The notes beneath the pieces were generated by a model. It saw nothing but the letters and a program-made list of their open reading frames with translations. It ran no database searches and had not been told where the DNA came from. Source: Rhodocyclaceae bacterium (lineage in GTDB: Bacteria; Pseudomonadota; Gammaproteobacteria; Burkholderiales; Rhodocyclaceae). From it: a DNA stretch of 64,000 nt. The first letter of the stretch is position 1; each line of letters starts with the position of its first letter. The position numbers and the translations under genes were made by a program. Shown here in pieces: positions 1 to 9,101 of the stretch. The stretch covers positions 21,857 to 85,856 of the forward strand of contig JBNKNO010000008.1 of NCBI GenBank assembly GCA_050293885.1, given 5' to 3'.

Positions 1-1
1 C

Positions 2-505
2 CTGGCGGTCAACGTCTCGGCACGGCAAATGAACGCCGGCGACTTCGACACCGTCGTTCAGGAGATCCTGGCCGTCACCGGTTTTCCCGCCACCCAGCTG
101 GAACTGGAAATCACCGAGAGCACGCTGCAATCGGTCGACCACAGCCGCGAGTTGCTGGGCCGACTCAAGGCGCTCGGCGTGCTGATCTCGATCGACGACT
201 TCGGCACCGGCTTCTCGTCGCTGTCGCTGCTCAAGCACCTGCCCATCGACCGCATCAAGATCGACCGCTCCTTCGTGCAGGATCTGCCCGACGACGCCAG
301 CGACGCCGCCGTCACCGAAGCCATCATCGCCATGGCCGACAGCCTCGGGCTGGCCTTGATCGCCGAAGGCGTGGAAACGCCGACCCAGCAGCAATTCCTG
401 CGCGCGCACGGCTGCGCCGAAGCGCAGGGATTCCTGTTCTCCCGTCCGCTGGATGTGCACGACGTCGACCTGTTGATCGCCACCCCGCCCGATCGCCTGT
501 CGTGA
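2..505 (+). CDS. EAL-domain c-di-GMP phosphodiesterase, C-terminal part (5' end lies outside window)
   Basis: Frame is open from the window edge (LAVNVSARQMNAG...). EAL signature blocks ELEITES, DDFGTGFSSLSLLKHLPIDRIKIDRSFV, AEGVETPTQ, QGFLFSRP. Confidence 0.85.
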   Translation: MAVNVSARQMNAGDFDTVVQEILAVTGFPATQLELEITESTLQSVDHSRELLGRLKALGVLISIDDFGTGFSSLSLLKHLPIDRIKIDRSFVQDLPDDASDAAVTEAIIAMADSLGLALIAEGVETPTQQQFLRAHGCAEAQGFLFSRPLDVHDVDLLIATPPDRLS

Positions 506-529
506 ACGGCCGAACGCGGACGGGCGGGC

Positions 530-1480
530 TTACATCAACCCGGCGCCGCGCACCAGCATGATGCCCACGCTGGTGGTGAGAATCGAGACCACCGTGGTCA
601 GCGCGATGATGTTGGCCGCCAACACCGCGTTGCCGCCCATGGCGCGCACCATCACGTAGCTGGCGGCCGCCGCCGGCGTGGACGACATGAGCAGCAACAC
701 CCCCAAATCGATGCCGCGAAAGCCCACCGCCAAGCCACCCAGCACGAACACCGACGGCACGAACAACAACTTGGCCGTGCTGGCCAGCAAGGTGTTGCGC
801 CGCTCCAGCCGCAGCCGGGCGAAGTCGAGCGATGCCCCGGTGCACAGCAGCGCCAGCGGCAGCGTGAGATTGGCGAAGTACTGGCCCGACTTGATCACCA
901 GCGACGGCATTTGCCAATCCGCCCAGGACACCGGCAGCGCCAGCACGATGCCGATGACGATCGGATTGGTGACAATGCCTTTGAGCACCCCGCCCACGCT
1001 GCGTTTGGCATGTAGCGAACGACTCAGGGTGATGACCGCGAGGATGTTGAAGAGGATGGTGATGAGCCCCAGGTAGAGCGAGGCCGCCACCAGCCCGGCC
1101 TCGCCATAGGCATTGACGCAATAGGCCAGCCCGACGATGCCCATGTTGGAGCGAAAGCCGCCCTGCACCACCACGCCGCGATCGCCCGGCTCGTCCACCC
1201 AGCGCGCCGCCACCCATTCGAGGATGAGAAAGGTGGTGATCGTGGCCACGGCGCCAAAGCCCACCAGCGAAAAATTGGCCGCCGCATCGAAATTGGTCTT
1301 GCTGATGCTGATGAACAGCAACGCCGGCAGCGCCACCGTGAACACCAGCCGTGAGCCGGCCTCGACGAAGGCGTCGGTGAGCATGCCGACGCGCCTGAGC
1401 CACACGCCCAGTATGAGAATGACGAAGATCGGCCCGGTCACCGAGAAGGAGAAATCGAGAATGTCGAGAAAGTCGCTCAT
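530..1480 (-). CDS. AEC-family (auxin efflux carrier-like) membrane transporter
   Basis: 316 aa, hydrophobic throughout (about 10 TM segments). N-terminus MSDFLDILDFSFSVTGPIFVILILG and overall pattern resemble AEC transporters. Confidence 0.7.
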   Translation of the reverse strand: MSDFLDILDFSFSVTGPIFVILILGVWLRRVGMLTDAFVEAGSRLVFTVALPALLFISISKTNFDAAANFSLVGFGAVATITTFLILEWVAARWVDEPGDRGVVVQGGFRSNMGIVGLAYCVNAYGEAGLVAASLYLGLITILFNILAVITLSRSLHAKRSVGGVLKGIVTNPIVIGIVLALPVSWADWQMPSLVIKSGQYFANLTLPLALLCTGASLDFARLRLERRNTLLASTAKLLFVPSVFVLGGLAVGFRGIDLGVLLLMSSTPAAAASYVMVRAMGGNAVLAANIIALTTVVSILTTSVGIMLVRGAGLM

Positions 1481-1567
1481 GCCGGATGGCCTGAAAAGTC
1501 CTGCCCCGGACGTTACGGCCTAAACGCCGGTTTCGCCATACGGAGTTTCCGCGTTCGCGGCCAATAC

Positions 1568-2728
1568 TCAGTCGGTCGGCTGCTTGTGCGCCGACGACAC
1601 GCCGCCCCCGCCGGCCACCAGCATGCGATACGCCAACTGGTATTCGTCCGCCTGCGCCTGCAAGGCGTTGGACAGATCGATCCAGCGCCGCTCATGCGTC
1701 TCGAGCGCCAGCACCAGCACCTGCAACGCATCGCGGCGCTTGGCCAGATAACGCAGCAGCGCCGGTGCCCGCCAGTCGCCATGCCCGCCGGCCTCCACCT
1801 CGGCCTCGAGCCCCTGCCAACCCGGAATGAGTTCCTGCTCGAGGATCGACACCGCTTCGCTCGCGCCGATGCGCCCGGACTGCAAGGCGTCAGCGAGAAA
1901 CTGGTAGCGCTGCACCAACGCCCCCTCCATCACCGCCACATGCGCCGCGATGCCGTTGAAGGCATAAGTTTGCGCGCGCGCGGGCAGTAGCGGCGGCGTC
2001 GCCTGCCACAGTGCCATGCCGGCAATCACGACCGCCGCCACCCCCGCCGAGGCACGCCCGCGTCGCAACGCCGTTGAGCCCAACGGCTCGGCCAGCACCG
2101 CACCGAGCAGCAGTCCCGCAAGCAGCCCCCCCAGATGCGCCGCATTGTCGATGCCTGGCAGCACAAAGCCGGCCAACAACGAATAGACGATAAAGCCGAG
2201 CAAGGCCTTGCGTAGGCGGTGAAACAGCCCATGCGGCACGCTGGCACGGCACACCAGCACATGACTGAGCAAGGCGCCGAACACGCCGAACACCGCGCCC
2301 GAGGCACCAATGCTCAAGCCCTCGGGCCGCCACCACACACTCGCGAGGCTGGCGAGCACGCCACAAGTGAAATAGATGAAGGCAAAACGCCGATGGCCGA
2401 ACAGGCGCTCGGCCAGTTGCCCGGCCTGATAGAGCGCGAGCATGTTGAGCCCCACGTGCAGCACGCCGCCATGCAGAAACAGCGCGGTCACCAGCCGCCA
2501 CAACTGGCCGCCCCGGGTCTGCACCGCGTAGTTGCCGCCCCAATCCGCCAGCACACTACCCGGCACGCGCCACAGCGCATCGGCCTGAAACGCCAACGCG
2601 ATGAAGATCAGCACATTGACGGCCACCAGCGCCAGCGTGACCCCGGCATGCGGCATACGCGCGAACAGGGCATCGAGGAAATCGTCGGAGGTCGAATATC
2701 GTGGCGCGGCCATGCGCCGTTTATACAC
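1568..2728 (-). CDS. Rhomboid-family intramembrane serine protease with C-terminal soluble extension
   Basis: GASGAVFGVFGAL (GxSG catalytic Ser) and AAHLGGLLAGLLLG (catalytic His) lie in TM segments. Start is GTG at 2728 or ATG at 2713. Confidence 0.8.
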   Translation of the reverse strand: MYKRRMAAPRYSTSDDFLDALFARMPHAGVTLALVAVNVLIFIALAFQADALWRVPGSVLADWGGNYAVQTRGGQLWRLVTALFLHGGVLHVGLNMLALYQAGQLAERLFGHRRFAFIYFTCGVLASLASVWWRPEGLSIGASGAVFGVFGALLSHVLVCRASVPHGLFHRLRKALLGFIVYSLLAGFVLPGIDNAAHLGGLLAGLLLGAVLAEPLGSTALRRGRASAGVAAVVIAGMALWQATPPLLPARAQTYAFNGIAAHVAVMEGALVQRYQFLADALQSGRIGASEAVSILEQELIPGWQGLEAEVEAGGHGDWRAPALLRYLAKRRDALQVLVLALETHERRWIDLSNALQAQADEYQLAYRMLVAGGGGVSSAHKQPTD

Positions 2729-2941
2729 GAGGCAGATGCGCGCTGCGTGCGGATCGAGCCGCGCCTGCCGGCTTTACCGCGCGCGAATCCGTGCGTCAAA
2801 CGCCGGCCTGCTTCAAGCCGGGCGGCAAACATGTCAGCCGACGGGTTCATCGCCAGTGAACCCTCGCGTCCGTTGCCGGACACCAACACACACCAACGAT
2901 TCTTCGTCGCTGCCGGCTCCACCGTCCGCTGTCGGTAGACC

Positions 2942-2975
2942 GGCCCGATGCCCCGCTCGGCGGCGGGCCTTTTTT
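2942..2975 (+). terminator. Orphan Rho-independent terminator (no upstream + strand gene)
   Basis: ggcccgatgcc / ggcggcgggcc stem (11 positions, one mismatch, one G-U), loop ccgctc, followed by TTTTTT at 2970-2975. Confidence 0.7.
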
Positions 2976-3175
2976 CGACCATGCCCCCCTCCCCCGCGTC
3001 GCCCTCGTTCGGACAACGGCGCAATACCAACGCATTTCGTTCAGCCTTGATTCACTGACCATAAAAGCAATGGACAGGAACATCGTCTGGCGTCCGCGGC
3101 TTGCCGCATCGGCCGGCAGGCCCATCAAGATACATTCGAATACCTGCGCCGAGCCTGCAATGCCGGCCGAACACG

Positions 3176-3181
3176 TATAAT
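3176..3181 (+). promoter_or_regulatory. Possible -10 box (TATAAT) for the GGDEF gene
   Basis: Perfect TATAAT lies 40 nt upstream of ATG 3221. The -35 is weak (cctgca region). Confidence 0.3.
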
Positions 3182-3220
3182 CGTCGCCACATCCCAAAGC
3201 CGGACAGCCAGCACGAGACC

Positions 3221-4270
3221 ATGATTCACGTACTGAAGCATGTCGAATCGATCACGCAGCACCGCGACCGAACCCTGCTCGAGGTTGGGGTCGCCTCCGC
3301 CTTGTTCGAAATCCTCCGCCCCGAGGCAGTCAACCTCTTCAAGGTGCAGGATGCCGGGCATCGCACCCTGCTGCACCGGCTTGCTCACGCAGGCACCGAC
3401 GGGGTGAGTTACTGCGACACCGACTTCGAGCGCGCCGATGAAGTCATCGCCCTCGATTCTCGTGAGGACTTTCGCACCTGCGTGGCCGAAGAGCGGATCG
3501 TCGCCGATCAGCCGCCGGACAGTGATCGCATCACCTACAGCCTGCCGGTCGCGTACGACGGCAAGGTGGCCGGCTTGGTCGAATTGCGCGCGGCCGAGAC
3601 ACTGAGCGAGGAGCGCCTCGATCTGGCGCTCGGCTTCATCAGCCTCTACCGCAACTACCTGAGCCTGCTCGACTACAGCGAGCGCGACACGCTCACCGGC
3701 CTGCTCAATCGCCGCACCTTTGACGAAAACCTGAGCAAGATTCTCGGCAGCCTGGCGCCGTCGCCGGTCGACGATGCCCTGATCCCGGGCAGCGACCGCC
3801 GCGGCCGGGATCACCCCCAGGAGCCGCACTGGCTGGCGGTCATGGACGCGGACCGCTTCAAACGCATCAACGACGAGTTTGGCCACCTGTATGGCGATGA
3901 GGTGCTGATCCTGCTGGCCAACCTGATGCGCGAAAGCTTCCGCTACGAGGACAAGCTGTTCCGTTTTGGTGGCGAGGAATTCGTCGCGGTGCTCAAGCCG
4001 GCCTCGGCCGAAGACATCGAGCAGGCGCTGGAGCGCTTCCGCGAAACGGTCGAGCAATACCACTTCCCGCAGGTGGGGCAGGTCACCATCAGCATCGGTT
4101 TCGTGCCCTTGCGGCCCGGCGACACGGCGGCGGCCACGCTAGGGGCGGCCGACGACGCGCTCTACTATGCCAAGAATCACGGCCGCAACCGCGTCTGCTC
4201 GTACCAGCGCCTGGTCGCAGCCGGCGAAATCAAGCCGCGCGCCTTCAACGAAAATATCGAACTGTTCTGA
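3221..4270 (+). CDS. Diguanylate cyclase, GAF-like N-terminal domain + GGDEF domain
   Basis: ATG at 3221 (track ORF starts 120 nt earlier). Motifs LTGLLNRR, DADRFKRINDEFGHLYGDEVL, active-site GGEEF, with an RYED I-site (RxxD) five residues upstream. Confidence 0.85.
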   Translation: MIHVLKHVESITQHRDRTLLEVGVASALFEILRPEAVNLFKVQDAGHRTLLHRLAHAGTDGVSYCDTDFERADEVIALDSREDFRTCVAEERIVADQPPDSDRITYSLPVAYDGKVAGLVELRAAETLSEERLDLALGFISLYRNYLSLLDYSERDTLTGLLNRRTFDENLSKILGSLAPSPVDDALIPGSDRRGRDHPQEPHWLAVMDADRFKRINDEFGHLYGDEVLILLANLMRESFRYEDKLFRFGGEEFVAVLKPASAEDIEQALERFRETVEQYHFPQVGQVTISIGFVPLRPGDTAAATLGAADDALYYAKNHGRNRVCSYQRLVAAGEIKPRAFNENIELF

Positions 4271-4288
4271 GTTCAGCGCGCACAGGCC

Positions 4289-4648
4289 TCAGCGCTTGGC
4301 GGCCTCGTCGCGCGCACGCGCAAGCGCCGCCTTGCGCTCATCGTCCGCCGCCTGAATCTGCGCACGCTGTGCGTCGCTCAAGGGCGTCTGCGTGTGCTGT
4401 TCGACGGCATTGATCACGCGGCGCCCGGTATCGGTAATGCGCGGCCCGTGCGGCATGCCGGCCGAGACCACCGACACCGGCACGCCCGCAACCTGCGCGG
4501 CACGCTCGGCAAACTGGCGGTCGATCCGATGCTGCTCTGCCTTCAAATAGGCAATACCTGCCGGCGACAGCGGCGCGCCGGCGGCCATCACCAGGGAAAC
4601 ACTCGCGCTCAAGAGCACGGCCATCAAATGACGCACCATCGTCTTCAT
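4289..4648 (-). CDS. Small secreted/periplasmic protein of unknown function
   Basis: 119 aa, signal-peptide-like N-terminus MKTMVRHLMAVLLSASVSLVMAAG. Its ATG overlaps the qor stop (ATGA at 4645-4648). Confidence 0.55.
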   Translation of the reverse strand: MKTMVRHLMAVLLSASVSLVMAAGAPLSPAGIAYLKAEQHRIDRQFAERAAQVAGVPVSVVSAGMPHGPRITDTGRRVINAVEQHTQTPLSDAQRAQIQAADDERKAALARARDEAAKR

Positions 4649-5622
4649 GACACCACCAACACAGTCGAGCCGGTCGTCCGGCGAGCTTCAAGATCCCGAT
4701 GGGCCTGGGCGGCCTCGGCCAGCGGATAACGCTGATTGACTTCGATACGAACGACGCCTTGTTCCACCACCTCGAACAACTCCGCCGCCATACGCTCGAG
4801 TCGCGCGCGATCGGCGGTGTAGGTAAAGAGCGTGGGCCGGGTCAGCATCAGCGAGCCCATGCGGGCGAGCACGCCGATATCGAACGGCGGCACCGCCCCC
4901 GACGCGTTACCGAACGAGACCATCAAACCGAATGGCCGCAAACACGCGAGTGAATCCATGAAGGTGTCCTTGCCGACGGCATCGTAGACCACCGGCACCC
5001 CCTCGCCCCCGGTGATGGCCTTGACCCGCTCGGGAAACGATTCTTTCGTATAGACGATCGGGTGGTCGCAGCCATGCGCGGCCGCCAATACCGCCTTTTC
5101 GTCGGAGCCGACCGTGCCGATCACGGTCGCCCCCAGGTGCTTGGCCCATTGGCACACGATCAGCCCCACCCCACCGGCCGCCGCCTGAACGAGAATGGTG
5201 TCGCCGGCTTGCACGCGGTAGGTCTGGCGCAGCAGGTATTGCGCCGTCAGGCCCTGGAGCATCATCGCCGCGGCAGTTTCATCAGCAATCGCATCGGGCA
5301 GCTTCACCAGCGCCGCGGCCGGCAGCGTGCGCGCCTCGGCATAGGCACCCAGCGGGCCGCCCGCATACGCCACGCGCTCACCCACCGCGAAGCCCTCGAC
5401 ACCGGCGCCGACCGCGGTGACCACCCCCGCCGCCTCCAGCCCGATGCCGGACGGCAGCGGCGCCGGATACAGGCCGTTGCGATGATAGGTATCGATGTAG
5501 TTGAGCCCCACCGCGGTATGCCGCAGGCTCACCTCGCCGGCTGCGGGCGGCGGCACATCGACGGCCTCCCAGCGCAGGACGTCAGGGCCGCCGGTTTCGT
5601 GAAAACGGATCGCGTGCGTCAT
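4645..5622 (-). CDS. qor: NADPH:quinone oxidoreductase (zeta-crystallin-type MDR family)
   Basis: 325 aa from ATG 5622 (MTHAIRFHETGGPDVLRWE...). Motifs GLNYIDTYHRNGLYP and AAAGGVGLIVCQWAK (Rossmann). The track ORF has a 102-aa spurious extension. Confidence 0.85.
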   Translation of the reverse strand: MTHAIRFHETGGPDVLRWEAVDVPPPAAGEVSLRHTAVGLNYIDTYHRNGLYPAPLPSGIGLEAAGVVTAVGAGVEGFAVGERVAYAGGPLGAYAEARTLPAAALVKLPDAIADETAAAMMLQGLTAQYLLRQTYRVQAGDTILVQAAAGGVGLIVCQWAKHLGATVIGTVGSDEKAVLAAAHGCDHPIVYTKESFPERVKAITGGEGVPVVYDAVGKDTFMDSLACLRPFGLMVSFGNASGAVPPFDIGVLARMGSLMLTRPTLFTYTADRARLERMAAELFEVVEQGVVRIEVNQRYPLAEAAQAHRDLEARRTTGSTVLVVS

Positions 5623-5641
5623 GCCAGCTTCTCCATTCCGG

Positions 5642-6772
5642 TTAGCGAACAATGGAAAAACCAATCCGGAACTGAGGGTCCCGCGATTGGTTGTACTCGA
5701 GCAGTGTATCGCCTTCGCCATCGAAATACTGCATATGGAGAAAGCCGCCGCCCGCCCGCGGGAACAGTCCTTTGAGCGGATAGGAAAGGTCGGTCTGGGT
5801 GCTGCCCTTGCCCGCCTTGCCCCGGCGAATGAGCACCGAGGCTTTCCAGTCCTTGTGCCAGAAACTGGTCTCGAGTTGCGCAAAGCCCCGGTAGTGGTGA
5901 ATGTCCGGATTGTCGTTCTTCTCGACATAGCCCCACACCTTGGGCTTGAGGCCGAGCGTGTTCAGATCCGAGAGCCGATAACGCCAGTCCATCTGCAGAA
6001 AGACGGTATTGATGCTACGCGACAGCTTGCCGTCGCGGCCGTTCGATTCGTGCTCAAGCCCGCCACGCCAGACCACCGCATAGCGGCTGTCCTTGTCGAA
6101 TTGCATGGGCCAGTCGTAGAACAGCGAGGGCCGGTAGCTGGTATCGCGGAACGGCGCCGAGGGCTCGCCCAGATCCCAGATCGAGGTCTGGGTGTAGCCG
6201 AAATGCAAGCCGCCGAGAATGGGAATCAGACTACCAAAACCGCGCCCGCGCTCGAACAGCCGGTATTTGAAACTGAGCTGGAAACGTGCCGACAAGTCGG
6301 CGTCGGGGCCGACGAGGAAATACATCGGCTCGTTGGTCGTCAGCGCGGGCTGCTCGGGTTGCACCACGGTCTCCGGGCTGGCGACCGTCGGCGTGTGCAA
6401 GGACGCGGTTTCCGCCTCGGCCCGCGCCGGCGCCAGGACCTGAACCAGCACCTCGTTGCGCGCTATGTCCTTGAGCGCGACGCGAGCCATGCCGGTGAGC
6501 GTATCGGGCCACACAAAGCGGTAGCGACGGGTTTGTCCATTCTGCGCGCCGTCGGCAGTCAGTTCGACCGCGACGACCACTTCGTCGATGTACGCGGAAG
6601 CAATCAGCGCGTCGGGCAGCGTTGCCCCCGGCAAGGTATCGACGACCGTGGCGTAGGAGGGGCGAGCAGGCTCGACCGTGGCATCGTCGAGCACGAGCAG
6701 CCGTTCGGCGGCGGCGAATTGCATGACGCACAGCAAGCACAACAACGTGCCCCAGCGAAGGATTCCGGACAT
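5642..6772 (-). CDS. pldA: Outer-membrane phospholipase A with extra N-terminal region
   Basis: Signal peptide, then blocks matching E. coli PldA: YTQTSIW, PFRDTSYRPSLF, HESNGR, SRSIN, DNPDIHHYRG, GEGDTLLEYN. About 100-130 aa precede the conserved barrel, with no recognisable motif. Confidence 0.8.
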   Translation of the reverse strand: MSGILRWGTLLCLLCVMQFAAAERLLVLDDATVEPARPSYATVVDTLPGATLPDALIASAYIDEVVVAVELTADGAQNGQTRRYRFVWPDTLTGMARVALKDIARNEVLVQVLAPARAEAETASLHTPTVASPETVVQPEQPALTTNEPMYFLVGPDADLSARFQLSFKYRLFERGRGFGSLIPILGGLHFGYTQTSIWDLGEPSAPFRDTSYRPSLFYDWPMQFDKDSRYAVVWRGGLEHESNGRDGKLSRSINTVFLQMDWRYRLSDLNTLGLKPKVWGYVEKNDNPDIHHYRGFAQLETSFWHKDWKASVLIRRGKAGKGSTQTDLSYPLKGLFPRAGGGFLHMQYFDGEGDTLLEYNQSRDPQFRIGFSIVR

Positions 6773-6865
6773 GGCGGCGGTTCAGCAATGGGAAAGGCCG
6801 GATTCTACCAAGCCCGTGATCGAACCGCGCCGCAACGACGCGAGCCGGCCGCGCCACCGATTCGA

Positions 6866-7996
6866 CTACTCGCTGGTCGGGCAGCTCACCCGTATCGGTT
6901 CGCAGATGGCATGGGCCGCGAGCAGGCGCTGCAAGGCGGCGATGGCGGTTTCGGTCAGCTCGTGCCCCTTGGTCAGGACCATCAGCCCATTGGTGGTGCG
7001 GATATCCTCCTCCACCACCCAGCCCGACACCAGTTCGGACACGCGGGCGGCTCGCTTGCCCGCCGTGCCGGCACGCAGACCCGACAGGGCCTTGACGATG
7101 TAGTCGGGAAAGGCCGGCCGCGCCTCGCGCAGAATCTCCCACGGCCGCTCGAGCCCCTTGTCCCGGGTCGCGTGGCGCTCCAGAATCAGTGCCGCGCGCA
7201 GCAACTGGCTACCACGGACGACTTCGAGGGCTTCATCGGCGGGCGCTTGGCTGTTCTGGAACAGAATGATGCGTGCCACGTGTTCCATGCGCGGAATGCG
7301 CGCCACCAGACGGCAGGCGACCTCGGGATGCGATCTGAGCATTTCCTTCTGATCCGGGTCGAGGACACGCTGCGCGGCATCGGCCTGTACGACATCGGCG
7401 GGGATGCCGACACAGCCGATCTGACTCAGCGAGGCGGCCAAGTTGTAGATCCATGGATCCGGCCATTCGAGTTTGGGCAGCGCATGGCGCACGCAGGACT
7501 GAGCAAAGGCGGCGCGCTGGAAGGCCCACGGCGCCACCATGGCGAGCACTTCGGTCAGCGTCTGCACCGAGGCGCTGACGGTCGTCTCGAGCAGTTCCTT
7601 CTCGGCGCGCTGCAGACGATACTGATTGACCGCCTCGTGCAGGATCGCCGTCAGTTCGTCCTTCGGGCACGGCTTGCACAGGTAGCGGAAGATCGCCCCT
7701 TTGTTGATGGCGGCGATGGAGGACTCCAGATCGGCCTGACCGGTGAGCAGAAGGCGCACGCTGTCGGGCGAGGCCTCGCGTACCTTCGCAAGAAAAGTGG
7801 CACCGTCCATGCCGGGCATGCGCATGTCGGACATCACCACCGCAAACGGCGCCTGCCAACGGATCGCTTCGAGCCCTGCCTCGCCGCCATTGGCCGTCAC
7901 CACCTCGAATTCGCCGAAGAGATTGCGCTCCATGGCGGCCAGCACGTTGGGTTCGTCGTCGACACACAGCAGACGGGGAAGAGGCGTATCACTCAT
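6866..7996 (-). CDS. Response regulator: receiver + degenerate HD-GYP-like domain + ~60-aa C-terminal extension
   Basis: ATG 7996 (8-nt overlap with upstream stop). REC motifs LLCVDDEP, VVMSDMRMPGMDG, LLTGQAD, LCKPC. The output domain aligns by eye with the HD-GYP of gene 39201, but HD is SQ (LSQIGCVGIP vs HDVGKLGIP) and HHEKFDGSGYP is ILFQNSQAP. Confidence 0.75.
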   Translation of the reverse strand: MSDTPLPRLLCVDDEPNVLAAMERNLFGEFEVVTANGGEAGLEAIRWQAPFAVVMSDMRMPGMDGATFLAKVREASPDSVRLLLTGQADLESSIAAINKGAIFRYLCKPCPKDELTAILHEAVNQYRLQRAEKELLETTVSASVQTLTEVLAMVAPWAFQRAAFAQSCVRHALPKLEWPDPWIYNLAASLSQIGCVGIPADVVQADAAQRVLDPDQKEMLRSHPEVACRLVARIPRMEHVARIILFQNSQAPADEALEVVRGSQLLRAALILERHATRDKGLERPWEILREARPAFPDYIVKALSGLRAGTAGKRAARVSELVSGWVVEEDIRTTNGLMVLTKGHELTETAIAALQRLLAAHAICEPIRVSCPTSE

Positions 7997-9101
7997 CACT
8001 ATTCTCATTGACCGAGTTGTTGAGGAGGGCCTGCCACTCAGGCCATTTGTCGGCGACCCCGACCTTCTCGAGATACGCGAAATCGGGCGCCTCGCCCTGG
8101 GCAAGTGACGTCGCCACGTGCACCACGCCGGTGGCATCGAAATCCGACACCGCACAACGCCCCGGGTTGCGATGGTCGGCGACGGCGTTGACGATTTCCA
8201 TCGGCAAGCCCCACATCGCCAGCAAGTAGGCGCCCACGGCTACGTACAGCGGCGTGTTGCAGGCAGTCGTAAGCCCAACCACGTCGTTGTCGCGCAGCTC
8301 GGGAATGGTCAACCCCACCTGGGCCAACAATGCGGCAGCCGGTGCCGGGCTCTTCGCCGCCCCCATCTGGAGGGCAATCTCGGTCGCCAGATGGCAGGTC
8401 AGCAACGCGCGATGCTGCAAGGTCTCGATCAAGGAGCCTTCCTGACCGTCCGCGAAAACCTGAGAGGCCAGCACCAACAAGCGCACATTGTTCAGCCCGA
8501 GCCGGGCGATGGCCTGACCAACGTCGTGAACAGGATTGCCACGGGCGAAATAGGCCGAATTGGCCAATTGGAGAATCTTCGCCGAGAGCGCCGGGTCGCT
8601 GCCCAGCAGTTCGGCAATGTGATGCGTGTTGCTGTCGGGATCAGCCATCATTCGGCACAGCTCGGTGAACACTTTCGGCGCGGCCGGCAGGCGGCTGACA
8701 CGGCCGACCACGTCAAGCACGCAGGGGTCCGTGCACATTGCACGAATACGCATGGCGTTTTCCACGGTGCCCAGCAACGCCGTGCTGTCGCACGGTTTGG
8801 CCACGAACTGGTGGGCAACATCGAGCATGCGCAAGGTAGCATCGGCGTCGGAATAGCCCGACAGGATGATGCGAATGGTCGACGGCCAACGCTCGCGCAC
8901 CTGGCGCAGCAGCTCGGCGCCGTCCATGAAAGGCATGCGCATGTCGGAGACGACCACGTCTGCGGGCAAGTCCTCGAGCATGGCCAGCGCCTCCTGCCCG
9001 CTGTGAACAAAACGGCAACCCCAATCCTCGTCCGTCATCATCAACGCGCGCTCGATGCCGCTCAGCACACGAGGTTCGTCGTCGACGAACATCACTTGCA
9101 T
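7989..9101 (-). CDS. Response regulator: receiver + HDOD domain
   Basis: REC motifs MFVDDEP, VVVSDMRMPFMDG, ILSGYSD, VAKPC. HDOD-type region LPAAPKVFTELCRMMADPDSNTHHIAELLGSDPALSAKILQLANSAYF. Its start overlaps the kinase stop by 10 nt. Confidence 0.8.
   Translation of the reverse strand: MQVMFVDDEPRVLSGIERALMMTDEDWGCRFVHSGQEALAMLEDLPADVVVSDMRMPFMDGAELLRQVRERWPSTIRIILSGYSDADATLRMLDVAHQFVAKPCDSTALLGTVENAMRIRAMCTDPCVLDVVGRVSRLPAAPKVFTELCRMMADPDSNTHHIAELLGSDPALSAKILQLANSAYFARGNPVHDVGQAIARLGLNNVRLLVLASQVFADGQEGSLIETLQHRALLTCHLATEIALQMGAAKSPAPAAALLAQVGLTIPELRDNDVVGLTTACNTPLYVAVGAYLLAMWGLPMEIVNAVADHRNPGRCAVSDFDATGVVHVATSLAQGEAPDFAYLEKVGVADKWPEWQALLNNSVNENSDE

Noticed and set aside
2760-2975. c-di-GMP-I (GEMM-I) riboswitch upstream of the GGDEF gene, prompted by GGCAAAC at about 2823
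   Set aside because: The second conserved block (ACGCAAAGCC) and the tetraloop/receptor arrangement are absent. The terminator is about 245 nt from the start codon, with a separate TATAAT in between.
4645-5928. Long N-terminal extensions in track ORFs (qor 427 aa; also 56102-59074, 44135-45037, 13974-14963, 23663-24805, 61735-63558 and others)
   Set aside because: In some cases an internal ATG with a Shine-Dalgarno-like sequence, or one tightly juxtaposed to the upstream stop, coincides with the start of homology. The extensions are Arg/Pro-rich and overlap upstream genes or intergenic DNA.
5621-8011. 796-aa + strand ORF running antisense through pldA, the intergenic gap and the response-regulator gene
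   Set aside because: The opposite strand carries genes with clear family motifs. The translation is Arg/Gly/Ala/His-rich with no recognisable domain and no RBS. It is a typical shadow ORF of high-GC DNA.
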